The notes under the pieces are model-generated. The model did not search any database and was not told the origin of the DNA. It saw only the letters and a program-made list of their open reading frames with translations. Of a DNA stretch of 64,000 nucleotides, positions 51,148 to 63,146 are shown in pieces (the first letter of the stretch is position 1; every line of letters starts with the position of its first letter). Origin of the DNA: Malacoraja senta. Lineage: Eukaryota. A program made the translations under genes and the position numbers. The stretch covers positions 24,244,001-24,308,000 of the forward strand of contig CM075988.1 in the NCBI GenBank assembly GCA_038087875.1, read 5' to 3'.

Positions 51148-51667
51148 ATATTAAGATACATTGCATGAGAAATTGAGCATTTTGTGCTAAAACATTGGTA
51201 ACAACACATTAGAACCTTTCTCTTTATCGTACGCTAATTGGCGTCAGTGGGAGAATAGGAATGGCTGCGTTAACGTTACTGAATGGGAAGCTAAACTACG
51301 CAAAACAAAATAGAGTCAAGCCTTGACCTTGAATTAATTTTAGATTAGAAGTTCAGGAAAACCTATTATAATCTCTGAGTTCCTCGGCTGTGCAGGAAAC
51401 AGTTAGTACATTGGGTGTCAGGAACTTTGTCACCTGTACAAGGAAGTTCTCAGCTTTGCTCACTTGATTCGCCATCATGGGGATCTTGTAAAACTATTTT
51501 ATTTTTGACGAAGGAACGTGCCCTGTTCAATAACCAGATATACTAAACACGGGTCAGAAAGATTATCTGTTCAATTCAATTACGGTAGGTGGTTCGATTT
51601 GGTTCCATTTTTCAATGGCACATTAGTCTGAGATGCAATGGGTTTTTAAATTAAGATTTTCAGATTA

Positions 51668-52162
51668 TCTTATAGAAACATATACAATTCTTAAGGGATT
51701 GGACAGGCTAGATGCAGGAAATATGTTCCCCATAGGTAGACAAAAATGCTGGAGAAACTCAGCGGGTGCAGCAGCATCTATGGAGCGAAGGAAATAGGCA
51801 ACCTTCGATTTTCCAGCATCTGCAGTTCCTTCTTAAACAATATGTTCCCCATGTTCGGGGAGTCCAGAATCAGGGGTCAAGGTTTAAGCAAAGGGGTCGG
51901 CCATTCAGGACTGAGATGAGGGAAAAAAAATTTCACCCAGAGAGTTGTGAATCTGTGGAATTCTCTGCCACAGAAGGCAGCGGAGGACAATTCACTGGAT
52001 GTTTTCAAGAGAGAGTTAGATTTAGCTCTTAGGGCTAACGGAATCAAGGGATATGGGGAGAAAACAGGAACGGGGTACTGATTGGGGATGATCAGCCATG
52101 ATCATATTGGCTCGAAGGGCCGAATGGCCTACTCCTGCACCTATTTTCCATGTTTCTATGTT
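51668..52162 (+). mobile_element. CR1 3' fragment with a Penelope-derived insertion (51734-51838)
   Basis: 14-bp TSD aatatgttccccat at 51720-51733 and 51839-51852 within CR1 sequence. Confidence 0.9.
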
Positions 52163-53112
52163 TACATGCTGTTGCCAAATTTAACATAATTCAAGGGAAT
52201 TAAATTTTTGATTAAAGTTTGGAATAACATTTAGAATTAGACTGAAAGTGTGCAGAATGATGCTTACCCACAATGAGTACTCTGCCTCATACTGAAATAA
52301 TGGAGGTTCATTAAAAAATCATCCCAGGAAACATCTACATTTGCTGTGTTGAAAAGGTTTAATTCATTTGAGTTTAATGGAGCTAGTTGCCTGCAGCCCA
52401 GAATATTAGGGCGGCAATTGTTTTAATTAGCACTTTGCCTGCCTCTTCTGAAGGACTAGATGCTGGGAGAAGTCAGAGGTTTCTCTCAGCTCCCTGCCCT
52501 GCTATGAAAGGACATCCCAAAAATCAGGACACATTGTTAGTATTCCAGACACCAACTGCGAAGATCTCATTGGGACTAATACCAATTGATTTCCGAGAAA
52601 GTAATCATTAAATATGTTTATTTCACACCAGACGGGGAAAAAAAGTGACATGCTTTTGTGTTGTCTTATGTAGAAGGCTTGAATTCGTTTAGTTTTATCT
52701 AATAAAATACAAATAAATAGACTCACATAGAATTTTTTTCTTGTCCTTTTCACTAATAAAACTCTTACAGAGGTCCATAATAAACATGAACGACACAAAA
52801 CTTGCATTTTCATTCGATTTGCGATAAGCATGGCCATCGAGGATATTCAAGTTGCTCAAATATAGTTATAGAATTATACAGCGCAGAATCAGGCTCTTCG
52901 GTCCAACTTGTCCATACTGACCAAGTTGCCTATACAATTCCAAGATGATCTACATGAGTTCCTGTATGAGCTATATGCATCCCATTTGCCTGCAATGAGC
53001 ACTCATCTTCCTGTATGACCCAGTCCAAATTTCCTTTAAATGGACCTCTGACCAGTCCCACTAGTTCATGATTGAAAAGTTTCATGATGATGTTTTGGAA
53101 AAAGCCTGAAGC

Positions 53113-53410
53113 ATGGTGGCAGAGTGGTGCAGCTGGTAGAGCTGCTGCCTCACAGTGCCAGAGACCTGGGTTCGATCCTGACCTCAGGTGCTGTTTGCAC
53201 GTTCCCCCGTGATCGCATTGGTTTCTTCTGGTTTCCTCCCACATACCAAAGGTGTGCGGGTTTGTAGGTCGATTGGCTGCTGTAAAATTGCCCCTAGTGT
53301 GTAGGGAGTGGATGAGAAAGTGGGATGTCGCAGAACTAGTGCGAACTGGTGATTGGTGGTTGGCATGGAATCGGGTCTGTTTCCATGCTGTATCTCTAAA
53401 CTAAACTAAT
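53113..53410 (+). mobile_element. V-SINE
   Basis: tRNA-like head, V-domain, tail. Confidence 0.88.
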
Positions 53411-53606
53411 GTGAAAGCACCAGTGGAAATGAAGCGAGAAGCAAACGTTTTTGAGATTAGAGTTATAGTAAGATAACAACATAAACAAGGCCTGAAGCCC
53501 ACTGAGTCTGCTCTGATCATCAATCACCCATTTTACACTCATACTGCTCACTTTATTCTTTCCACATTCTCATCAGCTACCTCCAGATTCTATCACTCAC
53601 CTATTA

Positions 53607-53970
53607 AGGGCCTGTCCCACGGGCATGCGACACCATGCGGCAAGCGCGACCTAACCGGAAGCGGGGGCCGCGCGGAGGTCGCGGGGCCAGTCCCACTTAG
53701 ATCACCGGAGCCGTATGGAGTTGTGCGGAGCTGGTCCCGACATCGCGCGGGGCTCCGAAAAACTGACAGTGTTCAAAAATTCCGCGTGGCAACGGCCTGC
53801 AGTCCCGCAGCCCCGCAGCCGCATCGAGGCCGTGCGCGCCGCATCGGTGGCCGTGCGCACCGCCTCGACGCTGGGCGCACCGTCTTGACGTCACTCGACC
53901 TCCGCGCGGCCCCCGCTTCCGGTTAGGTCGCACTTGCCGCATGGAGTCACATGCCCGTGGGAAATGCCCT
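53607..53970. mobile_element. PIF/Harbinger-type MITE (GC-rich family)
   Basis: Long imperfect TIR AGGGCCTGTCCCACGGGCATG; TTA/TTA TSD. Confidence 0.88.
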
Positions 53971-53999
53971 TTAGTATCACACACTAGCATTGAGGTAAT

Positions 54000-54292
54000 T
54001 TAGACTTTCGACTTTCGACTTTTGAGAGATAGAGTGCAGAAACATTCACTCTGGCCCACTGAGTCCGCGCCGACCAGCGATCACCCCATACACTAACCTA
54101 CACTCACCAGGGACAATTTTACAACTTACTGAAGCCAATTGACATACAAACCTGTGCGTCTTTGGAATATTGGAGGAAACCGGAGTGCCCGGAGAAACCC
54201 ACGCAGTCACAGGGAGAACCTACAAACTCCGTACAGACAGCACCCGTAGTCAGGATCGATCTCGGGTCTCTGGCGCTGTAAGGCAGCAACTC
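54000..54292 (-). mobile_element. V-SINE
   Basis: Minus-strand SINE motifs. Confidence 0.85.
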
Positions 54293-54854
54293 CTAATTTA
54301 GTGTGGCTTGTTTGGCCTATCAGGTAGAGCTCTACTCATTGTGCCACTAGGCCACCCAATAACATGAAAGGAGGTGAATATTTTGTTGAAGAAATAATCA
54401 AAATAAAGCCGGAACTAGTCTCGTCTATAAACTTCATCATCAACAATGAGGAAATGTCCTCTGTAGAAAATCAAGGTTGATGCATCCCTTGGCTGAACAT
54501 TGTAATAACTACACATACTCCATTTTGCCAAATGATAATTAAAAAATGATAAAAAAAAACATTAAACTGGTCAAAAAAACTCGTTCAATGTCACATGAAG
54601 CATTATCAAATTGGTACAAGGTACTGCAAAAATGTATATACATTAATTATGCGTGTAAGATAAATCAGTTAGCAATTTATAATTGGCCTTATGACATTAA
54701 AGTAGTTACCTGGAATTGTTTGATTCTGTTTTAAGTCCTGGGGTCTTAAATACACAGAGAGAAGATGAGCATTGTTTAAGACTTATCACTGGAGCAATGG
54801 AGGAGTTCAAAGGCAGAGAGTTCAGAAGTAGTGGAGGGGGAAGTAAATTGGCAG

Positions 54855-55195
54855 GTGTAGGAAAGAACTGCACATTTAAACCAAAGGTAGACACAAAATG
54901 CTGGAGTAACTCAGCGGGACAGGCAGCATCTCTGGAGAGAAGGAATTGATGATGTTTCGGGTCGACACCCTTCTTCAGACTGAATCTGAGCCTCGACCCG
55001 AAACGTCACCCATTCCTTCTCTCCAGAGATGCTGCCTGTCCCGCTGAGTTACTCTAGCATTTTGTGTCTACCAAAGAACAGCACATGTTGGTTTACACCG
55101 AAGATAAACACAAAAAGCTGGAGTAACTCAGCGGGTCAGGCAATATCTCTGGAGTAAAGGAATAGGTGATGTTTTGGGTTGAGTATGAAGAAGAG
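54855..55195. mobile_element. Cluster of Penelope-derived short elements
   Basis: Palindrome at 54885-55072 plus a further arm. Confidence 0.8.
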
Positions 55196-55229
55196 TCGGG
55201 TTTCCTCCCACACTCCAAAGACAAACAGG

Positions 55230-57218
55230 AGGTACACAAAAATGCTGGAGAAACTCAGCGGGTGCAGCAGCATCTATGGAGCGAAGGAAATAGGTAACGT
55301 TTCGGGCCGAAACCCTTCTTCAGACTGATAGGGGGTGGGGAGAAGAAAGGAAAAAAGGACAAAGGCGGAGGAGGAGCCCGAGGGCTGGGGGAGGGGAGGA
55401 GACAACCAGATGGCTGATGAAGGGGAGGGGACAGCAAGGGCTAGCAGAATTGGGAGAATTCAATGTTGAGGCCCCCAGGATGTAGACTGCCCAAGCGGAA
55501 TATGAGGTGCATTTCCTCCAATTTACGGTGTTGCTCGCTGTGGCCATGGAGGAGACCCAGGACAGAGAGGTCAGATACGGAATTGGAGGGGGAGTTGAAG
55601 TGCTGAGCCACCGGGAGTTCAGGTTGGTTATTGCGGACCGACCGGAGGTGTTCGGCGAAACGATCGCCAAGCCTCCGCTTGGTCTCACCGATGTAGATCA
55701 GCTGGCATCTAGAGCAGCGAATGCAATAGATGAGGTTGGAGGAGATGCAGGTGAACCTCTGTCGCACCTGGAACGACTGCTTGGGTCCTTGAATGGAGTG
55801 GAGGGGGGAGGTGAAGGGACAAGTGTTGCATCTCTTGCGGTTGCAAGGGAAAGTACCCGGGGAGGGGGTGGTATGGGAGGGAAGGGAAGAATTGACAAGG
55901 GAGTTACGGAGGGAGCGGTCTTTGCGGAAGGCAGACATGGGGGGAGATGGGAAGATGTGGCGAGTGGTGGGGTCACGTTGGAGGTGGCGAAACTGACGGA
56001 GGATCACTTGTTGTATGTGACGGCTGGTGGGGTGAAAGGTGAGGACTAGGGGGACTCTGCCTTTGTTGTGAGTGGGGGGATGGGGAGAGAGAGCAGTGTT
56101 GCGGGGTATGGCAGAGACCCTGGTGCGAGCCTCATCTATGGTGGAAGAGGGGAACCCCCGTTCCCTGAAGAATGAGGACATTTCAGATGCCCTGGTCTGG
56201 AACGCCTCATCCTGGGAGCAGATGCGGCGTAGACGGAGGAATTGGGAGTGGGGGATGGAGTCCTTACAGGAAGCAGGGTGGGAAGAAGTGTAGTCCAGAT
56301 AGCCATGGGAGTCGGTAGGTTTGTAGTGGATGTCGGTAAGGAGTCTATCACCTGCGATGGAGATAGTGAGGTCAAGGAATGGTAGGGAAGTGTCGGAAAT
56401 GGTCCAGGTGTATTTGAGTGCCGGATGGAAGTTGGTGGTGAAGCGGATGAAGTCAGTCAGTTGTGTGTGGGTGCAGGATGTGGCACCAAAACAATCATCG
56501 ATGTAGCGGAGGTAGGGGTCGGGGATGGGGCCCTGGTACGCATTGAACAAGGATTGTGCTACGTACCCGACAAAGAGGCAGGCGTAGCTGGGGCCCATGC
56601 GTGTGCCCATAGCTACGCCTTGTATTTGGAGGAAATGGGAGGAGTCAAATGAAAAGTTATTAAGTGTAAGTACCAGCTCCGCTAGGCGGAGGAGGGTGTC
56701 AGTGGCCGGGTATAGATTGCTTCTACGGTCGAGGAAAAAACGGAGGGCTTCGAGACCATCCTGGTGGGGGATGGAGGTGTACAGTGACTGGACGTCCATG
56801 GTGAAGATGAGGGGGTGAGGGCCTAGAGAGTGGAATGCGCGGAGATGACGGAGAGTGTCTGAGGTGTCTTGAACATAGGTGGGGAGGGATTTAACCAAGG
56901 GGGATAGGATGGAGTCGAGGTAGGTGGAGATGAGTTCGGTGGGGCACAAACAGGCAGAGACAATGGGTCTACCGGGACAGTCAGGTTTGTGGATTTTGGG
57001 GAGAAGGTAAAAGCGGGCTGTGCGGGGCTGGGGAACGATGAGGTTGGAGGCTCGTTCGGGCAGGGCGTGGGAGTGGATGAAGTCGGTGATGGTGCTGGAG
57101 ATGGTGGCCTGGTGCTCGTCAGTGGGGTCATGGTCCAGCGGTAAGTAGGAGGAGGTGTCCGAGAGTTGGCGCGTGGCCTCAGCTTTGTAGAGATCGACGC
57201 GCCAGACTACCACGGCAC
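55230..57218 (-). mobile_element. Young 5'-truncated Penelope-like element (Neptune group)
   Basis: 17-bp TSD ctccaaagacaaacagg at 55213-55229 and 57219-57235; uninterrupted ORF plus 3' UTR. Confidence 0.95.
55293..55325 (-). ncRNA. Minimal hammerhead ribozyme motif in the Penelope 3' UTR
   Basis: GU-CUGAAGA-A-GGGU(UUCG)GCCC-GAA-ACGU-U-AC; stem III reduced to palindromic ACGU; stem I short. Confidence 0.65.
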
Positions 57219-57222
57219 CTCC
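55441..57222 (-). CDS. Penelope-like reverse transcriptase + GIY-YIG endonuclease (5'-truncated, no native start)
   Basis: LPKIHK..GRPIVS, MDVQSLYTSIP, QGVAMGTRMGPSYA, LRYIDD, CNRKRCNTC linker, LIYCIRC..IYIGET..RF.EH. Confidence 0.93.
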   Translation of the reverse strand, partial: GGAVVVWRVDLYKAEATRQLSDTSSYLPLDHDPTDEHQATISSTITDFIHSHALPERASNLIVPQPRTARFYLLPKIHKPDCPGRPIVSACLCPTELISTYLDSILSPLVKSLPTYVQDTSDTLRHLRAFHSLGPHPLIFTMDVQSLYTSIPHQDGLEALRFFLDRRSNLYPATDTLLRLAELVLTLNNFSFDSSHFLQIQGVAMGTRMGPSYACLFVGYVAQSLFNAYQGPIPDPYLRYIDDCFGATSCTHTQLTDFIRFTTNFHPALKYTWTISDTSLPFLDLTISIAGDRLLTDIHYKPTDSHGYLDYTSSHPASCKDSIPHSQFLRLRRICSQDEAFQTRASEMSSFFRERGFPSSTIDEARTRVSAIPRNTALSPHPPTHNKGRVPLVLTFHPTSRHIQQVILRQFRHLQRDPTTRHIFPSPPMSAFRKDRSLRNSLVNSSLPSHTTPSPGTFPCNRKRCNTCPFTSPLHSIQGPKQSFQVRQRFTCISSNLIYCIRCSRCQLIYIGETKRRLGDRFAEHLRSVRNNQPELPVAQHFNSPSNSVSDLSVLGLLHGHSEQHRKLEEMHLIFRLGSLHPGGLNIEFSQFC

Positions 57223-57244
57223 AAAGACAAACAGGTTTGGAGGT

Positions 57245-57715
57245 TGTGTCGGAAGGAACTGGAGATGCTGGTTTATACCGAAGTTAGACACACAATGCTG
57301 GAGTAATTCAGCGGGCCAGGCAGCATCTCTGGATAAAAGGAATGGGTGACATTTCGGGTCGAGATCCTTCTTCAGACTGAGCGTCAGGGTAGAAGGAGTT
57401 TCAGAGAAGATGTGTAAAGATCAAAAGAGATGTAGATCAAGGAAAATGTAGAACAGACCATTGTTAGCTCAGAGAAGGTGACAACAAAACAAACAGAGAT
57501 ACCATGTAACCAGTGGGACAGTCAGACTGGTCGGAGAACAGGAGAGGGGGAGGGATGGAAAGTGAGGGAAAGCAAGGGTCACTTGAAGTTAGAGAAGTCA
57601 ATATTCATACAGCTGGGGTGTAGCGGGCCAGCATCTCTGGAGAAAAAGAATAGATGATGTTTTGGGTTGAGTCTGAAGAAGGAAAGTCAATATTCATATA
57701 CGAGGTGCTGTTCCT
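57245..57715 (-). mobile_element. Older Penelope 3' fragment of a different subfamily
   Basis: ccttcttcagactga hammerhead region; gagaagtcaatattcata ORF-end motif. Confidence 0.75.
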
Positions 57716-57721
57716 ACAAAC

Positions 57722-57870
57722 CTGAGGTTTACACGTTAATTGGCTTGGTATAAATGTAAATTGTCCCTAGTGTGGGTAGGATAGTGTTAATGTGTGGGGA
57801 TCACCCATCGGCGTAGACTCGGTGGGCTGAATGGCTTGTTTCCGCTCTGTATCTCTAAACTAAACTAAAA
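57722..57870 (+). mobile_element. 3' half of the V-SINE whose V-domain lies at 55196-55229
   Basis: ttaattggcttggtataaatgtaaattgtccctag...aaactaaactaaaa. Confidence 0.8.
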
Positions 57871-58557
57871 AGTCAACAACTTGGAGTTATCCGTTTTATA
57901 TGTCAAAGAGTTTCCAGCAAAATCTATCCAGCTTGCAGCCACGTTTGTTTGGGAATCCAAACTGTAGAATGCTCATTGCCTCCATCATCACAAACTGAAG
58001 ATGCCTTGCCTTCGCTCTCTAGAAGCAGTGACCCAAACGTAAGCTTCTCCTCTCATTATTATTGACCCTGACTAAGTTGCTCCTTCCACTACTCCTCTGG
58101 GAGCATGCTCACACTGCAATAGACAAAGGGCGTTACCTTGATTTCTTTTTTGCCACTTAATTGTTCCAACTGAACGAGAATATTTTTCCCATGCAATGAA
58201 ATTGTGGACAGATTTGCAAAGAATTGGTTTATGAATTGACTCTTTCTAGGCCCACTGAATGTTGAAATCTATTTGCATTTGCAGTCCAAGAAGTTGAAGG
58301 GGCAGCACTTTCTCTCACCACATGTTATTTAAAACCATTTTAGATGGAGGTAGTTAAAGAGGATTAACGCAGCAATTTCAGCGCTTCTCCAAAAAACCAA
58401 TTTCTATTTATAATCTTATCTTGAGTTGCTTTCATTATGTAAAATATATTTCTAATGGTCTTTCCTGCTTTCTCCTGTCAATAACAACTCCAGGCAGCAA
58501 AGTACTGCACACATTGACAGGGATCTACAGAGAGGCTCGGTCTAGTATCTTTGGTCT

Positions 58558-59120
58558 GACAATAGACAATAGACAATAGACAATAGGTGCAGGAGTAGGC
58601 CATTTGGCCCTTCGAGCCAGCACCGCCATTCAATGTGATCATCGTTGATCATCCCCAATCTGTACCCCGTTCCTGCCTTCTCCCCATATCCCCTGACTCC
58701 GCTATTTTCAAGAGCCCTATCTAGCTCTCTCTTGAAAGCATCCAGAGAACCCGCCTCCACCGCCCTCTGAGGCAGAGAATTCCACAGACTCACCACTCTC
58801 TGCGAGAAAAAGCGTTTCCTCGTCTCCGTTCTAAATGGCTTACTCCTTATTCTTAAACTGTGGCCCCTGGTTCTGGACTCCCCCAACATCGGGAACATGT
58901 TTCCTGCCTCTAGCGTGTCCATGCCCTTAACATTCTTATATGTTTCAATGAGAATCCCTCTCATCCTTCTAAACTCCAGAGTGTACAAGCCCAGCTGCTC
59001 CATTCTCTCAACATATGATAGTCCCGCCATCCCAGGAATTAACCTTGTAAACCTACGCTGCACTCCCTCAATAGCAAGAATGTCCTTCCTCAAATTAGGG
59101 GACCAAAAGGGCACACAAAA
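58558..59120 (-). mobile_element. CR1 3' fragment
   Basis: 190-aa minus-strand frame FWSPNLRKDILAIEGVQRRFTRLIPG...; (tattgtc)n tail. Confidence 0.95.
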
Positions 59121-59651
59121 TGCGTAAGTGGGACAGGGGACTTTAGAGACAAGAGGGTAAAGAGAGAAGGGAAAGATGGGAGTGAGGCTGGGATCACTGA
59201 ATTACCAAGATGTGCTACACTGTTACAGCGAGCAGCTGTCATCTCATTAGTCAGGTAGCAGCAGCAGCACTTCAGGTGGGTCTTGATGAAAGAAAGCTGT
59301 TCAATCTCAAATGGAGAGTAGAGAATAACGAGATATTTATACCACTACATCCCCTTCCAGGCAAACAACTGGCTGACATTTTTTTTATTGTGTTGGTGCA
59401 GCTGTCGACCAATTTGCACACAGCAAGGTCTCCCAAATAGGGTGGGGGACTGAATAACTAATAATTCTCTTGATCAGTGGTTTGAAGCTCCTTGCACTGG
59501 GATATTAAAAACAGGGATTCGGTGGTGTGTTTTTTTTTTTAACATCTGACACTGTAACGCAGTGTTTAGGCGCCGAGGATTGAAGGTCTTTTTTGTCTAC
59601 TTAAGGAGCGGCTTGGGTCTGGCTTTGCTCCATCCGCTTCAACTAACTATT

Positions 59652-59998
59652 TAGGTTAGTTTAGTTTAGAGATACAGCGTCGAAACAGGCCCTTTGGCCC
59701 ACCGAGTCCGCGCCGACCAGAAATCCCTGCACAGTGTGTATCTCTATACTAAACTAAATAGTTAGTTGAACACTATTCTACGCACACTGGGGACAATTTT
59801 ACATTTATACCAAGCCAATTAGACCTACAAACCTGCACGCCTTTGGAATGTGGGAGGAAACCGGAGATCCCGGAGAAAACCCACGCGGTCACGGGGAGAC
59901 CCGTACTGTCCGTACACACACTACACAGAGAGCAGGATCAAGCCCAGACCTTGGGCGCTGTAAGGCAGCAACCCTACCTTTGTGCTGCTGTGCCTCCT
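59652..59998 (-). mobile_element. V-SINE with an internal inverted duplication
   Basis: Minus-strand SINE motifs; see finding at 59638. Confidence 0.85.
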
Positions 59999-60389
59999 GT
60001 AAACAAAGTTCAGTGTCAGGCTCGATGCCGTGTTAAATCTCTCGACTGCTGCCTGAACCCACAGTCCAGTGTGTTGATCTACTCTCACACCTCCAGAGGC
60101 AGGGGTTTAACTTGTCAGTGAATGGGATCAGGGCTCCCTGAGTCCAAGTGAAACTGTTTCCCAATCTGCATCAACCCACGCGTTCCTGATATGTAATTCA
60201 AAAATGATGAGACATGATTGGGGACGATCAGCCATGATCACAGAGAATGGCGGTGCTGGCTCGAAGGGCTGAATGGCCGACTCCTGTACCTATTGTCTAT
60301 TGTCTATGTTTCTATGAGCATTTTCAACTTCCTTTCAACCCAGTAGAGTCTTTTGAGTTTTTTTAAACCTTGAGTTGCCCCTCAGGTTC

Positions 60390-60632
60390 CTATTACATTT
60401 CTCCCCTCTCACCTTAAACCTATGTCCTCTGGTTTTTGTTTCCCCCTACTCTGGGTAAAGGAGTGCATTTACCCTTTCTATCCCCCTAATGATTTTATAC
60501 ATCTCTAAAAGATCACTCCTCATCCTCCTGCCCTCAAATAATAAAGCCCTTGCCTGCTCAACCTCTCCCTATATCTCAGGCTCACAGGGCCCGGCAATAT
60601 ACTCGTAAGCCTTCTCTGCACCCTTTCCAGCC
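60390..60632 (-). mobile_element. Old CR1 fragment
   Basis: caccttaaacctatgtcctctgg (reverse of RGHRFKV), cttctctgcaccctttccagc. Confidence 0.7.
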
Positions 60633-60764
60633 TTCAGGGGTCAGTTGAGAGGTCATTAAATGTTCTCCAACCTGGCATTCATCTCCTTGATGCTTCACCC
60701 CTGGTATTGACATCACCAATCTTCTTCTAGAAGTGCCGACTAATAAACCAAGGACTTTACCTTT

Positions 60765-61062
60765 GTTTAGTTCAGTTTAGTTTAGAGATACAGCGCGGAA
60801 ACAAGTCCTTCGGCCCACCGAATCCGTGCCGACCAGCGATCCCCGCACACCAACGCTATCCTGCACACACTAGGGCAATTTACAATTATACCAAGCCAAT
60901 TCACCTGTAGCTCTTTGGAGTGTGGGAGGAAACCGGAGAAAACCCACGCAGGTTATGAGGAGAACGTACAAACTCCGTACAGACATGGACCTGTAGTCAG
61001 GATCAAACCCGTGTCTCTGGCGCTGCAAGGCAGCAACTCTACCGCTGCGCCACTGTGCCATC
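60765..61062 (-). mobile_element. V-SINE
   Basis: Full minus-strand copy. Confidence 0.9.
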
Positions 61063-61431
61063 CCATTCCATGCCAATGGCCCAAAATCTTAGGCCATTGG
61101 CATCGAATTCTTGCCACCTCAGACCTTGTGTGCACAGGTGGAGAGATGTCCAGGGCAGTATCTGATGTCCAGAACACCTGAATTTATTTGATGGCACTGC
61201 CCTCAAAGCGTTGGAATGACTTGCTGCGGTGGGGAGAACCATTAACCTATTTCCCCATTAAGAGATGCAGTAGAGGCTTCAATTACTGTTGCTGGCAGCT
61301 CCTTATTAATTGGCATGAATGTGTTCATCAGCAAGGCTTGTGCATGGTGCAATCAAAATAATGAGGGAGGCACACTAATTTCAACCATGACCTGAACCAG
61401 GGCAAAATAACGAGTTACCCAGAATGAGTTG

Positions 61432-61608
61432 AGGAATAGGCGAAGTTTCAGGTCAAGACCCTTCTTTAGACTTAAATCTGAAGAAAGGTCTTGACCCAAA
61501 CGTCGCCTATTCCTTCTCTCCATAGATGCTGCCTCACCCGCTGAGTTTCTCCAGCATTTTTTGTTTACCTTTGTTTTTTTCCAGCATCTGCAGTTCTTTC
61601 TTAAACAC
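61432..61608. mobile_element. Penelope-derived palindromic insertion
   Basis: ctgaagaaaggtcttgacccaaacgtc core; flanking direct repeat aatgagttga. Confidence 0.85.
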
Positions 61609-62343
61609 AATGAGTTGATATCAGTTTAGTTTTACTGTCACGTGTAGCGAGGTACAGTGAAAAGCTTTTGTTGCGTGCTAACCAGTCGGCATCAAAGCAG
61701 TTGTTTACCATTGGAATAGACCTCTTCCCTGAACCCCCCTGTGAAACACTGCGGTCAAACAGACACAAGACAGGGAAACCAAAGTTTAGATAAACTTCCT
61801 AGCGCACTTCACCCATTGATTAACTCAGTAAAGCTATTTCACTGAACAGCCTAGAGAAATAGTTATCTTTGAGAAAATAGACCAATTGAAATCAGAAAAC
61901 TTAAAGGGATAGAAGTACATTTCCCATATTTTAATCCTCTGTGTATAAATGATAATGAAATTCTGATTATTGTGTGCTCCCTGCTTCAATTATTCAGAGA
62001 GTGATGATTTAATGTCACGCAGTAATTACCTTTCATGCTGATAGTAATTGAAGTTTTAATAGAAACGAAACGGCAGACGTAAAATTAATCCTCGCTGGGT
62101 CGAATTCAGGTCAATCGCTTCGGCAATATTTTATCATATGACCCACTAATAGCTTGTTACATCAAACCGCGGAGACCCTCTCCAGATCTCGCTGCATTGA
62201 AAACTGGGACATGTCTTGGTGACAAAGGACTTGTCATATTTTGAGGTGCGTTGAGAACGTCAGATCATCGCAGGCTAAGTGTAGATGAAGCCTATCACGA
62301 GGTTTTAAAAGAAGAGGCCAACCTGCTTGTGAAGTCCGCGTAA

Positions 62344-63146
62344 GGGCGGCACGGCTACACAGCGGTAGAGCTGCTGTCTCACAGCGCCAGAGACACGGGT
62401 TCGATCCTGACTTTGTACGTTCTCCCCGTGACCTGCGTGGGTTTTCTCCGAGATCTTCGGTTTCCTCTCACACTCCAAAGACGTACAGGTTTGTAGACTA
62501 ATTGACTTGGTATAACTGTAAATTGTCCCTAGTGTGTAAAGGATAGTGTAAAGGGCCTGTCCCACGAGCATGCGACTGCATGCGGCAAGCACGACCTAAC
62601 GTGGTCGCGCTAGCCGTGCGGCCTCGCGGGGCCGGTCCCACTTCGATCGCGGGAGCCGCATGGAGTTGTGCGGAGCTGGTCCCGACATCGCGCGGGGCTC
62701 CGAAAAACTGACAGTGTTCAAAAATTCCGTGCGGCAAAGGCCTGCCGGCCCGCTGCCGCATGGTGGCCGCATGCACCGCCTCGACGCCGCACGCACCGCC
62801 TCGACGCCGTACGCACCGTCCCGACGCCGTTCGCAGCGTCTTGACGCCGTACATCACGCGCGAACTTCCTGCGCACTTCGCGCGAACCTCACGTCACTCA
62901 CTCGACCTCTGCGCGGCCCCCGCTTCTGGTTTGGCCGCGCTTGCCGCATGCAGTCGCATGCTGGGGGACCGGCCCTGTACGGGGATCACTCGACCTCCGC
63001 GCGGCCCCCGCTTCCGGTTTGGCCGCGCTTGCCGCATGCAGTCGCATGCTCGTGGGACAGGCCCTTTAGTGTGCTGGGATCGCTGGTCGATGCGGACTCA
63101 GTGAGCCGAAGGGCCCGTTTCCACGCTGTATCTCTAAGCTAAACTA
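62344..63146 (+). mobile_element. V-SINE interrupted by a Harbinger MITE
   Basis: SINE gatagtg|t(a/t)a|gtgtgc split by the MITE. Confidence 0.88.
62552..63065. mobile_element. PIF/Harbinger-type MITE (GC-rich family) with a duplicated right end
   Basis: TIR AGGGCCTGTCCCACGAGCATGCGACTGCATGCGGCAAGC; flanks TAA/TTA; related to 53607-53970. Confidence 0.9.

Noticed and set aside
50139..51209. 356-aa His/Thr-rich ORF
   Set aside because: Translation of the (CA)n-type microsatellite.
53607..53970. CpG island or promoter
   Set aside because: Bounded by TIRs and a TTA TSD, and repeated at 62552; it is a MITE.
57223..57291. Apparent N-terminus of the 616-aa ORF
   Set aside because: Lies in and beyond the TSD; it is read-through into flanking SINE and Penelope fragments, not a real start.
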